Of a stretch of DNA of 64,000 nucleotides, positions 1-13,714 are shown piece after piece (positions within the stretch are counted from its first letter, which is position 1; the number at the start of each line of letters is the position of its first letter). Below the pieces are notes generated by a model, which worked only from the letters and a program-made list of their open reading frames with translations, was not told where the DNA came from and did no database searches. The position numbers were made by a program, and so were the translations under genes. The stretch covers positions 369,644,001-369,708,000 of the forward strand of contig OZ024740.1 in NCBI GenBank assembly GCA_964016885.1, read 5' to 3'. The DNA comes from Eledone cirrhosa. Its lineage: Eukaryota.

Positions 1-51
1 AGATTCTACAGGACTAGAACTGTTTCATTCTTTAGAAATCATCAGGAATCT
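1..51 (-). ncRNA. Type I hammerhead ribozyme, intact core
   Basis: Minus strand reads agattc CTGATGA tttc-taaa-gaat GAAA cag-ttctagtc-ctg TA gaatct: 6-bp stem I, stem III cag/ctg, GUA cleavage triplet. Confidence 0.85.
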
Positions 52-332
52 GGGTATCCAAAAATAAAAGTGGTATATATAGGTCTTTTCAGGTGGTAGG
101 AGAGGGTGGGGAGTGGGATTAGTAGGGGTCATTGTTTGATAGAAAAGGGAATTCATTAAAAGCTAATTCTTTAAAGCTATAATTTATATTTAGAGTGACA
201 AAGGCAGAAAGAATTCTATAAACAAGTTCAGATTGGGGTGACATTCTTTATTTTTAAGTTTCTCTTAAGCTAAAAATGCCTATATTTCAGGTGTCTATAG
301 GATCGTTGGGGGTCGGTCAGGGTTGAAGGATT

Positions 333-1410
333 TCGCCCTGCACAAGTTTAACCCCAGAACCACCGATGGGTTTCGGAGAAACTTACGCTCGTTCTTCTCT
401 AATCTAGGATTTAGTATAACTATAGAATCTAATATGACTAGGGCTAACTTCTTAGATGTCACTCTCGACCTAGATACCTCCCTCTATTACCTGTACCACA
501 AACCTAACGAGTCCCTCAAATATAGTAATATTAATTCTAACCACCCCAAAAACATCACTGATAACTTAGTAAAAAGCGTCTGTATTAGAATCCCTGGCCT
601 CTCTGCCTATGAAGATATTTTTAACGCCTCTGCCTCCTACTACAATGAAGCCCTCGCCCGCAGCGCATTTAAAGAAAAGATAACCTACCTAGAAACCACC
701 GTAAGACTGCAGAGGGGTAATAGGCATAGGCAGATTAGCTGGTACAACCCTCCCTTCAACAGAGAGGTCTCTACACCTAGAGCTAGGATTTTATTCACTT
801 TGCTGAAATCACACTTTCCCATACAACATAGGTACTACACCATCTTTAATAAGAACACAATAAGACTCTCCTACTCCACCACACCTAACCTAGCTAGGAA
901 TATAACCAATCACAATTCTAAAAAATTAAATAAGCCAACCATCTCCGAACCCAATCTCCGGACTGGGGTCTTGTGTAATTGCCTAAATAAGGAAGCCTGC
1001 CCACTTGAAAACAAATGCCTGACAAATGATATCGTATACAAATGCGATGTCATCTCAGGCACCGATGATTGCAACAACAAAAATACTTACATCGGCATGA
1101 CTTCCAAAAACTGTAAGACCTGTTGGTATGCCCATACCAACTCCTTCAGAAGACCGGACAAATCAAACAAGACAGCACTCGCCTCCTATGTTTGGGACCT
1201 CAAAAGGAACTCCACCCCTTCACGCTTAAATGGAAAATACTCCAGAGAGCCCGCTCTTACAAGGGCAGCTAACTTTGTATCTCAGAGAGCTACGAAATGT
1301 TATTCGCCAAGGGTCCGCTACTGAACAAACGCTCTGAACACTGCCCGAACTGCATGCACAAGAACTTTGCAACTTTCAAATACCTTAGATCAGTGTTAAT
1401 TCCCGATGTC
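333..1410 (+). pseudogene. PLE reverse transcriptase C-terminus plus GIY-YIG endonuclease, frameshifted near 1215
   Basis: ORF 323-1324 contains NFLDVTLDL, YHKPN..YSN..SNHP, WYNPPF, CNCLNKEAC (CxCx5C linker), IVYKC and YIGMT. Its first codons lie inside the inverted arm. Confidence 0.9.
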
Positions 1411-1731
1411 TAAAAACGACTTCCACCTTTTAGCCCAACTACCTCCTTCCCACCACACCCCACCCTCCTCAAACTGAAATACGGCCACTATGGTTATGTG
1501 AGTACCTCTTACCTATCTGCATATTCTGGTTGTAGGGCTGTTTTTATAATGCCTGTGTATATGCGTATATTTATAAATACTTTCTGTATGTATTTGTATG
1601 AGTGTCCGTTTGTTTGTATGCATGTCGCTGTGTGTAGGTGCGATGACTTATCCTCTGTGTGTATATATTTATATTTATTTGTATGTATATATGGTTTTGT
1701 GTATGTGTGTGTGTATATATGTCTGTGTGTG

Positions 1732-1812
<81 letters not shown>

Positions 1813-1894
1813 GTATATGTATATGTATGTATGTGTATATATATATATATGTGTATATATATATATATATGTATCCACATATATATATACACAC

Positions 1895-1951
<57 letters not shown>

Positions 1952-2004
1952 CATATATACACACATATACATACACATACATACACACATATACATACAT
2001 ATAT

Positions 2005-2070
<66 letters not shown>

Positions 2071-2131
2071 GTGTGTATATATGTATCTATATGTGTGTAT
2101 ATATGTGTATGTATATGTGTGTATATATGTG

Positions 2132-2168
<37 letters not shown>

Positions 2169-2396
2169 GTGTATTGTGTATATATATATGTATATATATA
2201 TTTATAAGTATATGTATATATATGTATATATATGTATGCATATATGTATATGTGTGTATTTGTATATATATATATTTACATATATATATATATATGTATG
2301 TATATGTGTATTTGTATGTGTGTGTGTGTATTTTTATATATATATATGTATATATATATATATGTGTGTATGTGTATATATATATATATATATGCT

Positions 2397-2485
<89 letters not shown>

Positions 2486-2556
2486 ATATATGTGTATATG
2501 TATGTGTATATGTGTATATATGTGTGTATGTATGTGTATGTGTATATATACATATG

Positions 2557-2587
<31 letters not shown>

Positions 2588-2821
2588 GTTATATATATAT
2601 ATATATATGTGTGTGTATATGTATATATATATATGCTAATATATATGCACACATGTACATGTATATGTGTATATATATATATGTGTGTATACGTATATAT
2701 ATATATGTATATATGTGTGTATATATGTGTATATATATATACATATATATATATATATGTATGTGTGTGTGTATCTATGTGTGTGTATATATATATATAT
2801 ATATGCATATGTGTATGTATA

Positions 2822-2910
<89 letters not shown>

Positions 2911-2911
2911 A

Positions 2912-3161
2912 TATAGGGACCAGTAAGACCCCGACGTTTCGACGGCTAATTCTAGAATTAGCCGTCGAGACGGCTTGAGATCAGCCGTCGAGGTCTTACT
3001 GGTTCCTGTTACCCACTCTACTACCCTAAGTATTGAGTACTTTGGTGCGTTATGGTCCACCTGGTTCCTTACCACATGTCCTTCATTATATATGTATATA
3101 TGTATATATGTATATATGTGTACGTGTGTGTGTATGTGTATTTGTAATATATATATATATG

Positions 3162-3244
<83 letters not shown>

Positions 3245-3299
3245 GTGTATATGTGTGTATATGTGTGTATGTATATGTATATATGTGCGTGTGTATATG

Positions 3300-3383
<84 letters not shown>

Positions 3384-3630
3384 GGAACGAGTAGGACCCC
3401 GACGGCTGAGCTCAAGACGTCTCGACGGTTAATTCTGGACTAGATGAAAATGTTTATCCTGGTATATGAATAGCCGAGCTTCTCAGGGGGTAATTCGAAC
3501 TATGGTAAAAGTGATTGTCACAAAGATTGGTCAAAAGAGCTACTCGTTCCTATTACCCACTCTACTACACTAAGTATGGAGTACTTTGTTGCGTTATGGT
3601 CCATGTGGTTCCTTACCACATTTCCTTCGT
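2912..3630. mobile_element. Two nested short non-coding insertions (2912-3090 and 3381-3630) of a hammerhead-bearing repeat family, also present at 21230-21350 and 32250-32372
   Basis: Shared blocks gccgtcggggtc and tacccactctactac...ttggtgcgttatggtccacctggttccttaccacat. Perfect palindrome tcgacggctaattctagaattagccgtcga at ~2939-2968. Confidence 0.75.
3396..3491 (-). ncRNA. Degenerate type I hammerhead with long stem II
   Basis: acccc CTGAGAA g..cggcta...taaccgtc GAGA cgtc..gccg TC ggggt. The paralog at 21237-21333 retains GAAA. Confidence 0.55.
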
Positions 3631-3787
3631 TATATATATATATGTGTGTGCTGTGTATATATGTATGTGTATGTATATATATATATGTATGTATATGTAT
3701 ATATATATGTGTATGTGTGTATATGTATATATATATATATGTATGTATGTATATATTTATATATATATGTATGCATATATATATATG

Positions 3788-3822
<35 letters not shown>

Positions 3823-3847
3823 GTATATATATGTATATATATATATG

Positions 3848-3880
<33 letters not shown>

Positions 3881-3889
3881 GTATTCATG

Positions 3890-3921
<32 letters not shown>

Positions 3922-3997
3922 TATATTTGTGTGTATATGTATAGATATACGTATACTTATGTATGTATGTTTGTGTGTATGTGTGTATATAAATGTA

Positions 3998-4040
<43 letters not shown>

Positions 4041-4115
4041 GTATATGTGTATGTTTGTATATATATGTATATCTATTCATACATATATATATATATATGT
4101 ATATGTATGTGTATG

Positions 4116-4164
<49 letters not shown>

Positions 4165-4855
4165 ATATATATATATATATGTATATGTATATATATGTAT
4201 ATATGTATATATATATATATTTATGTGTATATATATATATGTGTGTATGTAAATATATATATATATGTATATATATGTGTATATGTATATGTATATGTAT
4301 GTATATCTAAGTGTATGTGTGTGTATGTGCATATATATATATACGTATGTATATATATATATATATATAATGTATATGTGTGTGGGTGTGTCTGTGCGTG
4401 GGTGTGTGTTTGTGAATGTGTCTGTTGACACCTGGAATATAGCTCAAGAGAAATTTGAAGATAATGATATGATAGGCACTCAATATTTTGAACTGGTCTA
4501 TAGAATTATTTTAGCCTTTGTCACTCTAAGTAGAACTTTAAAGAATTAGATTTTAAAGAATTTCCCTTCTGTTTAAATCCTTCAACCATGACCGATCCCC
4601 AACGATCCTATAGACACCTGAAATGTAGGCATTGTTAGCTTAAGAGAAACTTAAAAATAAGGAGTGGCACCCCAATATGAACTTGTTTATAGAATTCTTT
4701 CTGCCTTTGTCACTCTAAATATAAATTATACCTTTAAATAATTAGCTTTTAATGAATTCCCTTTTCTATAAACCAATGACCTTTACCCATCCCACTCCCC
4801 ACCCTCTCCTACCACCTGAAAAACCTATATATACAACTTTTATTTTTGGATACCC

Positions 4856-4903
4856 AGATTCCTGATGTTTAAAGAATGAAACCGTTCTAGTCCTGTAGAA
4901 TCT
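4856..4903 (+). ncRNA. Degenerate copy of the hammerhead at 1-51
   Basis: agattc CTGATG-tttaaagaat GAAA ccg..ctg TA gaatct. The core A after CTGATG is lost and stem III is mismatched. Confidence 0.65.
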
Positions 4904-6333
4904 CATATATATTAAAACTTATATATACATATATATATATTCGTGTACTTATATATAAGGGTTATGAGTACTTTTCATGCAGAATTTTTTCTTTCTTATC
5001 TATTTCGCCATATTTCGAGGTTATCATTTGCCGGAAAATCATTAAATCATTACGTTTTGACAATTGAATGCTTATTGATAGATTAAATTAATTATTAAAT
5101 AATTTCTAAAAATAGATTTCTGTCAAGCTAAATTTCAATGTGTATCATCATACAATTTGATTAAGTTCACTTGAAATTAATTAAATTTTGTGTAAACGTA
5201 TTAGTTACTTATATCTTTTAACTACTACAGATATTGGAAATATTTTGAAAATGTCACGGTGAGAGAATTGGTGCGACAGTGTAATGTTTATGGAGTCAAG
5301 CATACTGGAAACTTTTCCTCTAGGTTAATGTCGATTCCCATATATTATATTGTTACTGTTAAGATTTCATTTTGCATTAACAAGAAAACCTTCAATCATA
5401 GTTGTACCTCTTATGGACTATCCATATGACTACAATTCTTTCATTTTGTAAAGACAGTAGGACATTATTGTTGCTTAGGTTTATTTCCCTGAACTAAGGG
5501 ATTTGTCTCATACGCTTTTCTGAATTGACCCCCCCCCCCTTCCCCCGTATTTCTCCTAGTTATAATGCACTCATAATCATGTCTTTGAAAGTATCCTTCC
5601 CTTTCATGACACCGATAGTAGATTCAAGAGAAATTTGATAGCTATTGTTATCAAATGATGTAAATACGTAAATACGACAATTGAAATTGACTTTAATGTC
5701 TTGTTATTCGGAGATTCACTACATTCTAGAATCAGTCGAATTCAATCGTGAAGAATTTGTTATTCCATAGAACTATTCATTTGATTTATAAGTATTGATT
5801 TTTCTTTCCTTAATATACATTATCTCTTTTATAATTTAAAGCAACATAGGCCAGTAGTAAGCCTGTGATTTTACTGTGTCATTAGAGGGTCGGCTAGAAT
5901 AATCGTGATATTTGTTTCAGATTCTCTCTCTCGCGAGTCCAACTTTGTCTGCACACATTTCGGAATAATTAAATTAAGAACCTACCTGCAATACTCCGTT
6001 CGTGGGATTGTTATAGTATAGCATCACAGGAGGTGCATTATTGTATCAACTCTGAAGTATTGCGTTCTAATATACATAGCCATAATATTTGCAGCAAGCT
6101 TTTTCATCCCAATACATTCCATTGTTACGTTGGATTAATAAGACTTAAATAAAAAAATAAATAAAGCGTACCCAAGAATATTTCTTGGAAAAGTAGTTAC
6201 TCATGTGGTATAAGCTAATATTGCATGGTCTATGCTGGAACGCATCTGATTTACTAGTTCTGTGTTCTTGAAACCTAAAGAATTCAATGTTCAACTGTTG
6301 AAAATTGCAAACTTGACTGTCACCATAGAATAA

Positions 6334-6371
6334 TAACCTGAAGATTGGGAAAGCATGAAAGTACTTGTTCA
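6334..6371 (+). ncRNA. Minimal type I hammerhead ribozyme (same family as 50992 and 51096)
   Basis: aac CTGAAGA ttgg-gaaa-gcat GAAA gtac TT gtt, one stem II mismatch. Lies in repeat 6290-6490, which matches 51062-51257. Confidence 0.7.
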
Positions 6372-6485
6372 ATTAACACTTAAGATTTAATATTCTACCA
6401 TACTATTTCATTATAATATCATTATAATTTTAAAGGATTGTAAATAAAACGAGTAAATCATACAAAGTTGGAATTCCTTTTATTA

Positions 6486-6538
<53 letters not shown>

Positions 6539-6768
6539 CATATATAAATATAAGTATGTATACGTACATACATATATATATACAGACGTACAGTAGTATG
6601 TATATATATATACATACATGCACACATATATATATATATATATATGTACGTATGGATTTACCGAACATTTATTATAATGCTCGGTGTGTTTGTAAACAAA
6701 AATCCCTAATTAAGCCGTACAGTGTTTAGCAACTGTCGTTGCTCTTTTGTTCAACACTGACAAAGGAA

Positions 6769-6809
6769 CGATGTACTAGTTTCAAGCTTATTAGCTATCC
6801 TCAGCACCG
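6769..6809 (-). ncRNA. Minimal type I hammerhead ribozyme, intact core
   Basis: cggtg CTGAGGA t-agc-taataa-gct-t GAAA ctag TA catcg, with palindromic stem III (actagt). The mirror copy at 7214-7254 has its core mutated to CAGCCGA. Confidence 0.85.
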
Positions 6810-7499
6810 TATACGTTCCTGCCAGATGATTGAACGTCTGAAGGTATATGCTTTCCTTATGCATATTAACGGCTGAGCAGCCAAATTTGCATATCGAGTG
6901 AGTTAATCGGCCGGGCGCACCGAAAACGATAAACGGAAAAAAATGAAACGAAATTTCATTTCTCAATCTTAGTACGGCTGTTACTTAAATATAAGTATGT
7001 ATACGTACATACATATATGTATACAGGCGTACAGTAGTATGTATATATATATACACACATATATATGAAATTTCGTTTCATTTTTTCCGTATATTGTTTT
7101 CGGTGCGCCCGGCCAATTAACTCACTCGATATGTAAATTAGACTGCTCAGCCGTTAATATGCATAAGGAAAGTATATACTATCAGACATTCAATCATCTG
7201 GCAGGAAGGCATACGGTGCAGCCGATAGCTAATAAGCTTGAAACTAGTACGTTGTTCCTTTGTCAGTGTTGAACAAAGGAGCAACGACGGTTGCTAAACA
7301 CTGTACGGCTTAATTAGGGATGTTTGTTTACAAACGCACCGAGCATTATAATAAATGTTCGGTATATCCATACGTACATATATATATATGTGTGCATGTA
7401 TGTATATATATGTATACAAACTACTGTACGTCTGTATATATATATGTATGTACGTATACATAATTATAATTATATATGTATATATATATATATATATAT

Positions 7500-8019
7500 C
7501 AACGGCAAAGTCAAAGCAGTGCTGAACTCGCTGCAGAGGCAATGAGTCGTGGCGCAATACGTGCAACTGCTCAGGGAGGCGAGTTCCGGATGCCCCGCCG
7601 ACATTGCTCTGCTGTCATCACCCGTACGAGTGCCGGCCGAGAAGGGAGTGAAACAAGTAGATACGAACTCTCCAAAACCTTTCACCGCGTGTCTCGAGCA
7701 GATCATCAGAGGCATTGAAGGGCAAAGCGGTGTCAACATCAACGGCGAGATACTTACCCTTCTCCGTTTCGCTGATGCGATCTTACTCATAGCTGAAACC
7801 ACGGATCAGCTTCAGACCATGCTGACGGAGCTCGACATCAAAAGCTCAGCAGTTGGCCACAAGATGAACCACATGAAAACGAAGTTCATGCGGTCCGACA
7901 ACGTACCAACAGGTCGAATGGAAGTTGGCGGTGATGAAATAGAGGAGGTGGAGGAATGCGTCTACCTGGTACAAGAAGTGATCATGCGCCGAGACATTGA
8001 GAGGGAGATCACGCGGAGA
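7500..8019 (+). pseudogene. RTE-clade LINE reverse transcriptase fragment
   Basis: KGVKQVDTNSPKPFTACLE, GVNINGE.LTLLRFADA and VEECVYL in ORF 7549-8061. Confidence 0.85.
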
Positions 8020-8099
8020 TACTTATATTTAAGTAATAGCCGTACCAAGTGTGAGAAATGAAATTTCGTTTCATTTTTTCCGTTTATATATATAAACAG

Positions 8100-8476
8100 G
8101 GGCGATAAAGCTGACAGAGCTATGTTTCGTACTGATTGGTACTTATCAAAGCCAAGTACTCCACCTGTTTGCTGAAAATCATGAATGTTTCATTCTTATA
8201 GAATTTCTAGTAATAATCAGGAACTGATTATACAGAGCGGTTGCTGGTCGAGCAGAATTTGAAAATTAGAATTGGCGCTCTGAAATAGCGATATATAATT
8301 TTCAATTTCTGCTCTACCGGCAACCGCTCTGTATTATCAGTTACTGATTATAACTAAAAATTCTATAAGAATCAAACATTCATGATTTTCTGCAAACAGG
8401 TTGAGTACTTGGCTTTGATAAGTACCAATCAGTACGAAACATATATATATATCGCTATTTCAGAGCACCAATTCTT
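8100..8476. mobile_element. Fold-back element with a degenerate minimal hammerhead in each arm
   Basis: 8122-8267 is the inverse of 8297-8443. 8110-8152(-) reads gct TTGATAA gtac-caatca-gtac GAAA catagctctg TC agc. Confidence 0.7.
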
Positions 8477-8659
8477 ATATATATATATGCAAAATTAAAT
8501 TAAATTAGGGGTCATGTCCGAGACATGCGCCATATCAACCCTATTTATGCCACTGGGATGACGCTGGCGCGATGTGTGTAGTTTTAAAAATGCAACACGT
8601 GCGACGGGTAAGTCGCAGATTTGCATTAGATGTGTCAACACAGATAGTTAAATCTTCTC

Positions 8660-8740
8660 CCTTGCTGAAGATTCGTTTTGACTACTTTGAGTTTACTGAT
8701 TAATGGTGAAATATATTTCTTTAATGAAATATATACAAGG
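8660..8740 (+). ncRNA. Candidate type I hammerhead ribozyme
   Basis: ccttg CTGAAGA ... GAAA tata TA caagg. Stem I can extend via aatctt/aagatt, but stem II is poorly paired. Confidence 0.45.
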
Positions 8741-8914
8741 AAGATTAATCATTTTTAAAAGGTAATATTTGAAGTTCTAGTTAAACTTTACTTAGTTACC
8801 TACCTAGCTGTGTGTGCTTACACACTTTACAAATTATCCCCTGTGATTGTTTCATGTGTTTATTTTAAATATATATATATATATGTCAATCAATTTCTAG
8901 TTGATATATATATT

Positions 8915-9026
<112 letters not shown>

Positions 9027-9033
9027 ATATATA

Positions 9034-10655
9034 ATGGAAAAATTTGAACAGGAACAAAACAGAGGGGCAGTACAACGAATGTTTATTAATTTCACGCTCT
9101 GGAGAGTGGGGTGTTGGTGGGGAACGTTGGTGAGAAGTGTGTGGGAATAGAGTTCAAGGGGTGTGTAGGGGAGTGGTGGAGAGACATATAGCGAAAGGAA
9201 ACGGTGCGAATGAAATTAAAAATAAAAATAAAAATAAAAATAAAGCATGATCAAAATACAAGGAATTAAATAAATTTAAATATAAAAGCATGATCAAAAT
9301 AAACTGAAATTATAAAGGGGGGTAAAACAGGTGGTGGAAGGGTTTAGGGTATGTAGGGGTGGTGGCGGGTGGAGTGGGGACAGGGAGACGGGGTGTCCGA
9401 GCGGGGAGGGCTGAAGGTGGTGTGTGTGTGAGTAGGTGTACGTGTGTGTGTGTGTGTGTATGTGAAAGTAAGGGTTGGGGGAAGAACGGGGTTGCATTTT
9501 CAGGAAGAGGTGTGTGTGTGGGGGGGGGGTTATGTCGGAGTGTCTGTGCGTGTGTGGATAGAGGGGTGGGGGGAGAGGAATCAGGAGGCTGAGGGTGTAA
9601 ATATGTGGTGGAAAGCACGTGTGAGTGGGGTTTAAGCGTGTTGTGGGTGTAGGTGGCGTGTGGAGAAAACACATTTTTTGGGGGTGTGTGTGTGGGTGAG
9701 TTATATAGGTGATTACGTACGAGGATGGTTGAAAAGTTGGTAAAATCCTATGATGTTTAGTGGATTCTGTGGTGGTCAAGTTCTACGTACGAGTATTCCA
9801 TGAAGCGATGGTCGGAAGAGGAGAGATGTGGGGTGCGCGCGCAACAGGAAGTGGTCAAGCAGTGGGAGTGATGTGTGTCTGTTTGTGTTGGGAGGTGGTC
9901 AGAGGACATAGCAGCAGTCGGTGGAATGGTAAAGGGGCGAGGATGGGTAGGTGTGAAAGTTGGAGTGAGGTGTGTGTGTGTATTAGTAGAGGTGTTAGTG
10001 GGATGAGTGAGTGTGGAGCGAGGATGTGGGTGGAGCGTGGAGAGAAGGGTGTGTGTAGTTCTATGGAGGGAGTGTGGTGGACTGGTGTGTGTGTAGTTTG
10101 ATGAAGGGGTGTTAGTGGGTGTTAGTATACGGGAGGTGGGGAAGGGTTGAATGCAGGTGTGAGTGGGGGTTAGTGGTGGTAGGGTGTGTAGAGTTGGTGG
10201 TGTACGAGGGTGTGTGGGTACGTGTGCGTGGGGTTGGGGCGTGTTAGTGAGGTTAGTTGCGGGGTGGTGGGATGGAGGTGTGGGGGTGAGGGTTAGTGGT
10301 GGTAGTAGGGTGTGTGTTTTTAGTGTGAGCGCGTGTATATATGTGACAGTGGGTGTGTGCGTGTGATAAGGAGGGGGGTGGAGGAGAAGAAGGGAGGGAT
10401 GTTAGTATGTTAGTTGGGGAAGGGTGGTTAGATGAGGGGTGGAGTGGAGGTGTTAGTATTGTTAGTTGTGGGGTGGGCGGTGAAAAGGAGTGGTGTGTTA
10501 GTGGTGTTAGTGGGGGATAAGTGTGAGAGGAGGGGGGCGGTCGAAGCATAAAGGAATAAGGGTGGGGAATTCAGGCCGAGGGTAGTGTGGGTCTTTAAGA
10601 TGAAGATAGTTCTTTGTTTGACTCTAAGGCGATTGGCGGGTGTTCCGTGGCACTA
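9034..10655 (-). mobile_element. 3' end of a Neptune-like PLE: last GIY-YIG codons plus ~1.5 kb C/A-rich 3' UTR/pLTR
   Basis: The minus strand at ~10570-10652 translates CHGTPANRLRVKQRTIFILKTHTTLGLN, matching the IF.L.T..P.GLN terminus. Strong strand skew. HHR-like 3' half GAAA ttaa TA near 9084-9093. Ends at a (TA)n tract. Confidence 0.6.
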
Positions 10656-11329
10656 CTCTTTATAATTAAGATATGCACATATTAAAAAAAGTATGAATGA
10701 AAATAATAGATTTTACATTTGTTATGTTTCAACGCATGATATTATGTCTACGTCATTCTAGTGTCTGTGTCATTCAACGATCTATTAATAATTATAATGC
10801 TTTCTAAAATAGCAATGCACCGTGTTACGGAGTTTAAGGAACATGGTAGATCATATTTCGCTGAGATATTATAAAACAGAAAGATGCTAAGATTTTCAAC
10901 AACATTTGTTAAAAATCATGCCTATTCACCACACGTGTCTCCATCTCAATATAATAAAAATCGATGTTTGAGATCTCTCTTTTTTCTTCCCTGATTGTAA
11001 TTCCCATTACCATGAATTACATCTGATTATGGATGTCATTTCGATTGATTATAACTGGTATTACTTTGTCTACATAAAATATGTTAACCTGCACTTGCTA
11101 GGCATTCAACTGAATCAGCTAATATATCCTGCAATATATGTATGTATCCGTATCTTTAGGTGAAGCCGTATGAGCTCTGTAATTACAAATAGCGTTTGGT
11201 AGGCATTTTAGAAATCTGCCGGATCCTATCTCAATCTACAGGTCTGAATACAGCCGAATTCTTCCAGAGATATGAGGTGAGAAAGCGATATAGAGAAATA
11301 AACTACACGCGTACTTAACTGATATATTT

Positions 11330-11455
11330 TATCGACATCGAAATGTTGAAAAGGGAAGATAACCTCGACGGGACTCGAACATAGAACGCAGGGAGTCCAT
11401 ACAAATGCGGCAAAGCATTTTACCGACCTGTAACAACTCTACCAATTTACCACTT
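11330..11455 (-). mobile_element. tRNA-derived SINE fragment
   Basis: Minus-strand B-box gttcgagtcc followed by cgtcgaggttat, similar to 44692 and 48631. Confidence 0.55.
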
Positions 11456-12724
11456 CCTCTGTATAAATTATGATTATATCGACAAAACACGATTTCAAAT
11501 TCATTAACCGTATTATAACTATTTTATGAAACTCAGAATAATGAACGGCAACAGTTGATTTTAACGAGATTTGAAATCAAATTCAAAATGAACAAAACTG
11601 ATTAAGATTTTTTTTCATTAATGCACCACATTACAATGAGGATGAACATGAGAAAGAAGATCACGATGATGTGGTAAAAGAGAATAATAATTTAGGTGGT
11701 GATGTTCATGTGGCGATAGTGATGATTTTCAAAAAGATTAAAAAAAGGAACATAAAATAGAAATTAACAGAAAACATTGCTGATTTTGTGTGTTGAAGTC
11801 GAGTAGTACACAAGAGTCGTGACAATTATGTTCTGTAGAAGATTTAAATAATTTATTTTGCTGCTTTATGAAAAAATATATAATAAAAAGATTTTGTATT
11901 CCTGGGAAATAAGAGTGTTGCATGAAATTATTTCATTTCATCTGTATGATTTTCTTTCTACTTTAAATTCTATGATATACTAATTATTTCTTTTTGATTT
12001 TATCGTTTTACAACGATCTTCTAATTGAAATTTACTTCGCCAAATTGATCCCTCACACATATTTGAAGTTAGAGGCGTGCTTCCGATTTAAGAAAAAGTG
12101 TTTCTTTACCATTACTACACATATTAATTATTCCCAAAAACATATATTATGAAGTATTTGCCTGTTCGTATTCAAACACTTGAATAATTATTATGCTTTT
12201 TTTTTCAGTTTCTCGGCATATGTTATTTGAACTTGATTAACTAATTATTTGTTACGAGTATTACATTTCATATTCTTTCCGGGAACAAGGAAACCAAATA
12301 AAGAAGAAATTATTTATCGTACAGTAATTTACATTTAAATAATTAAAATTAAGTTTATATATATATGCACATAAATATAAACCAATACCAATATATATGA
12401 TAATAATAAAATATCAATGATGAAATTATATCATTTTTGTTTCAATCGTTTCAGCAAAAATAAACTCAAATCTGCCCTATAGTACGATATGTCACTTGAA
12501 TAGCACTTATATCTTAGATGAGAATTATCATTACAATTACAATGTCCTTCAAACAACAAACCGCTATGTCGGTACGGCTATCAAATATATGGTTAAACGA
12601 ATCGATACAGTTAAAACTATACAGTGTATTTAATGAGACCGAATCTAACTAGTATTAGCAGAAGAAGTCGTTTCTAAATCCTATTTTCTATCTTGAGTTA
12701 ATACAATATATATATATATATATA

Positions 12725-12763
<39 letters not shown>

Positions 12764-12775
12764 GTGTGTGTGTGT

Positions 12776-12838
<63 letters not shown>

Positions 12839-12899
12839 TGTGTATGGTCCCCTAACTCGTTATAGAAATGTAGGGGTGCTGTATTGTCAAGTCCACAAG

Positions 12900-13450
12900 G
12901 TTGACCTCAGTCATTGAAGCCAACAGTGCTGCCCTAGCTGAGTACAAACGATCGCCCAGCGAAAAGAACATGCAGCCTGCATACGCTCAGAGCTGCCAGA
13001 TGCAATGTTCAACAGACTACAAATAACTGTGCTAAAGAGTACTGGAAACAGTTCAGTAGAGGACAATTACTCAGCTGCCTGAACGTCGTCCGTAAGTTCA
13101 CCTGCCTCGCATCCACCATCACCGACAACCTCACCCTAGACATAGAGCTCTGCAGGAGGATTGGGAAGGCAGCCACAACATTTGCTCGTCTCACATGCTG
13201 AGTGTGGACAAACCCCAAGCTGGTGGTAAAAACCAAGAGGGCTGTGTTCAAAGCCTGTGTCATTGGCACACTGCTGTATGGCAGTGAGACATGTTCCCCA
13301 TACACTAGACAGAAGAGGCGACTCAACACCTTCCATCTGTAAAGCCTGTGCCGTATCCTGGGAATATCCTGGCTGGACAGAGTGCGCAACGCCCAGGTCC
13401 TTATTCGTGCTGTCCTTCCCAGCATGTTTACCCTGGTCCGAGCTAACAGC
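12900..13450 (+). pseudogene. RTE-clade LINE 3' fragments
   Basis: Translates as RRIGKAATTFARL..VW.NPKL..KTK.AVFKACVIGTLLYGSET..., then RLNTFHL. Confidence 0.8.
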
Positions 13451-13535
13451 AGCATACTACCCCTGGTCAGCCTTGACCGAAGGAGGCCTTGAACTTAAAA
13501 TATATAAATATATATATAAATAAATAAATAAATAC

Positions 13536-13652
<117 letters not shown>

Positions 13653-13655
13653 GTT

Positions 13656-13701
<46 letters not shown>

Positions 13702-13714
13702 TACATATACGTGT

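Larger units (their letters stand above)
1690..4420. repeat. (TA)n/(TG)n/(TATG)n/(TATATG)n microsatellite mosaic inside the PLE 3' region
   Basis: Directly visible. Source of the YI/CV-rich spurious ORFs. Confidence 0.95.
1..4903 (+). mobile_element. Penelope-like element (Nematis-like), 5'-truncated, with inverted pLTR copy at its 5' end and a microsatellite-filled 3' region
   Basis: RT-thumb/GIY-YIG coding at 333-1410. Positions 1-332 are the reverse complement of ~4576-4903. Both arms end in a hammerhead motif. The left arm may continue past the window edge. Confidence 0.85.
6540..8090. mobile_element. Non-coding fold-back element made of ~440-bp circularly permuted hammerhead-bearing units, right arm interrupted by an RTE fragment
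   Basis: ~6555-6957 is the inverse of ~7067-7460. Block 6546-6615 recurs at 6988-7055. Block 8020-8086 is the inverse of 6929-6998. Confidence 0.75.

Noticed and set aside
1498-4549. Long YI/CV/HT-rich ORFs here and at 55819-58332 and 61518-63874
   Set aside because: They are translations of stop-free dinucleotide microsatellites, not genes.
5560-5960. Minus-strand peptides (KLDSRE..., FDNNSY) faintly resembling cadherin motifs
   Set aside because: Short, interrupted by stops, with no coherent frame or splice structure.
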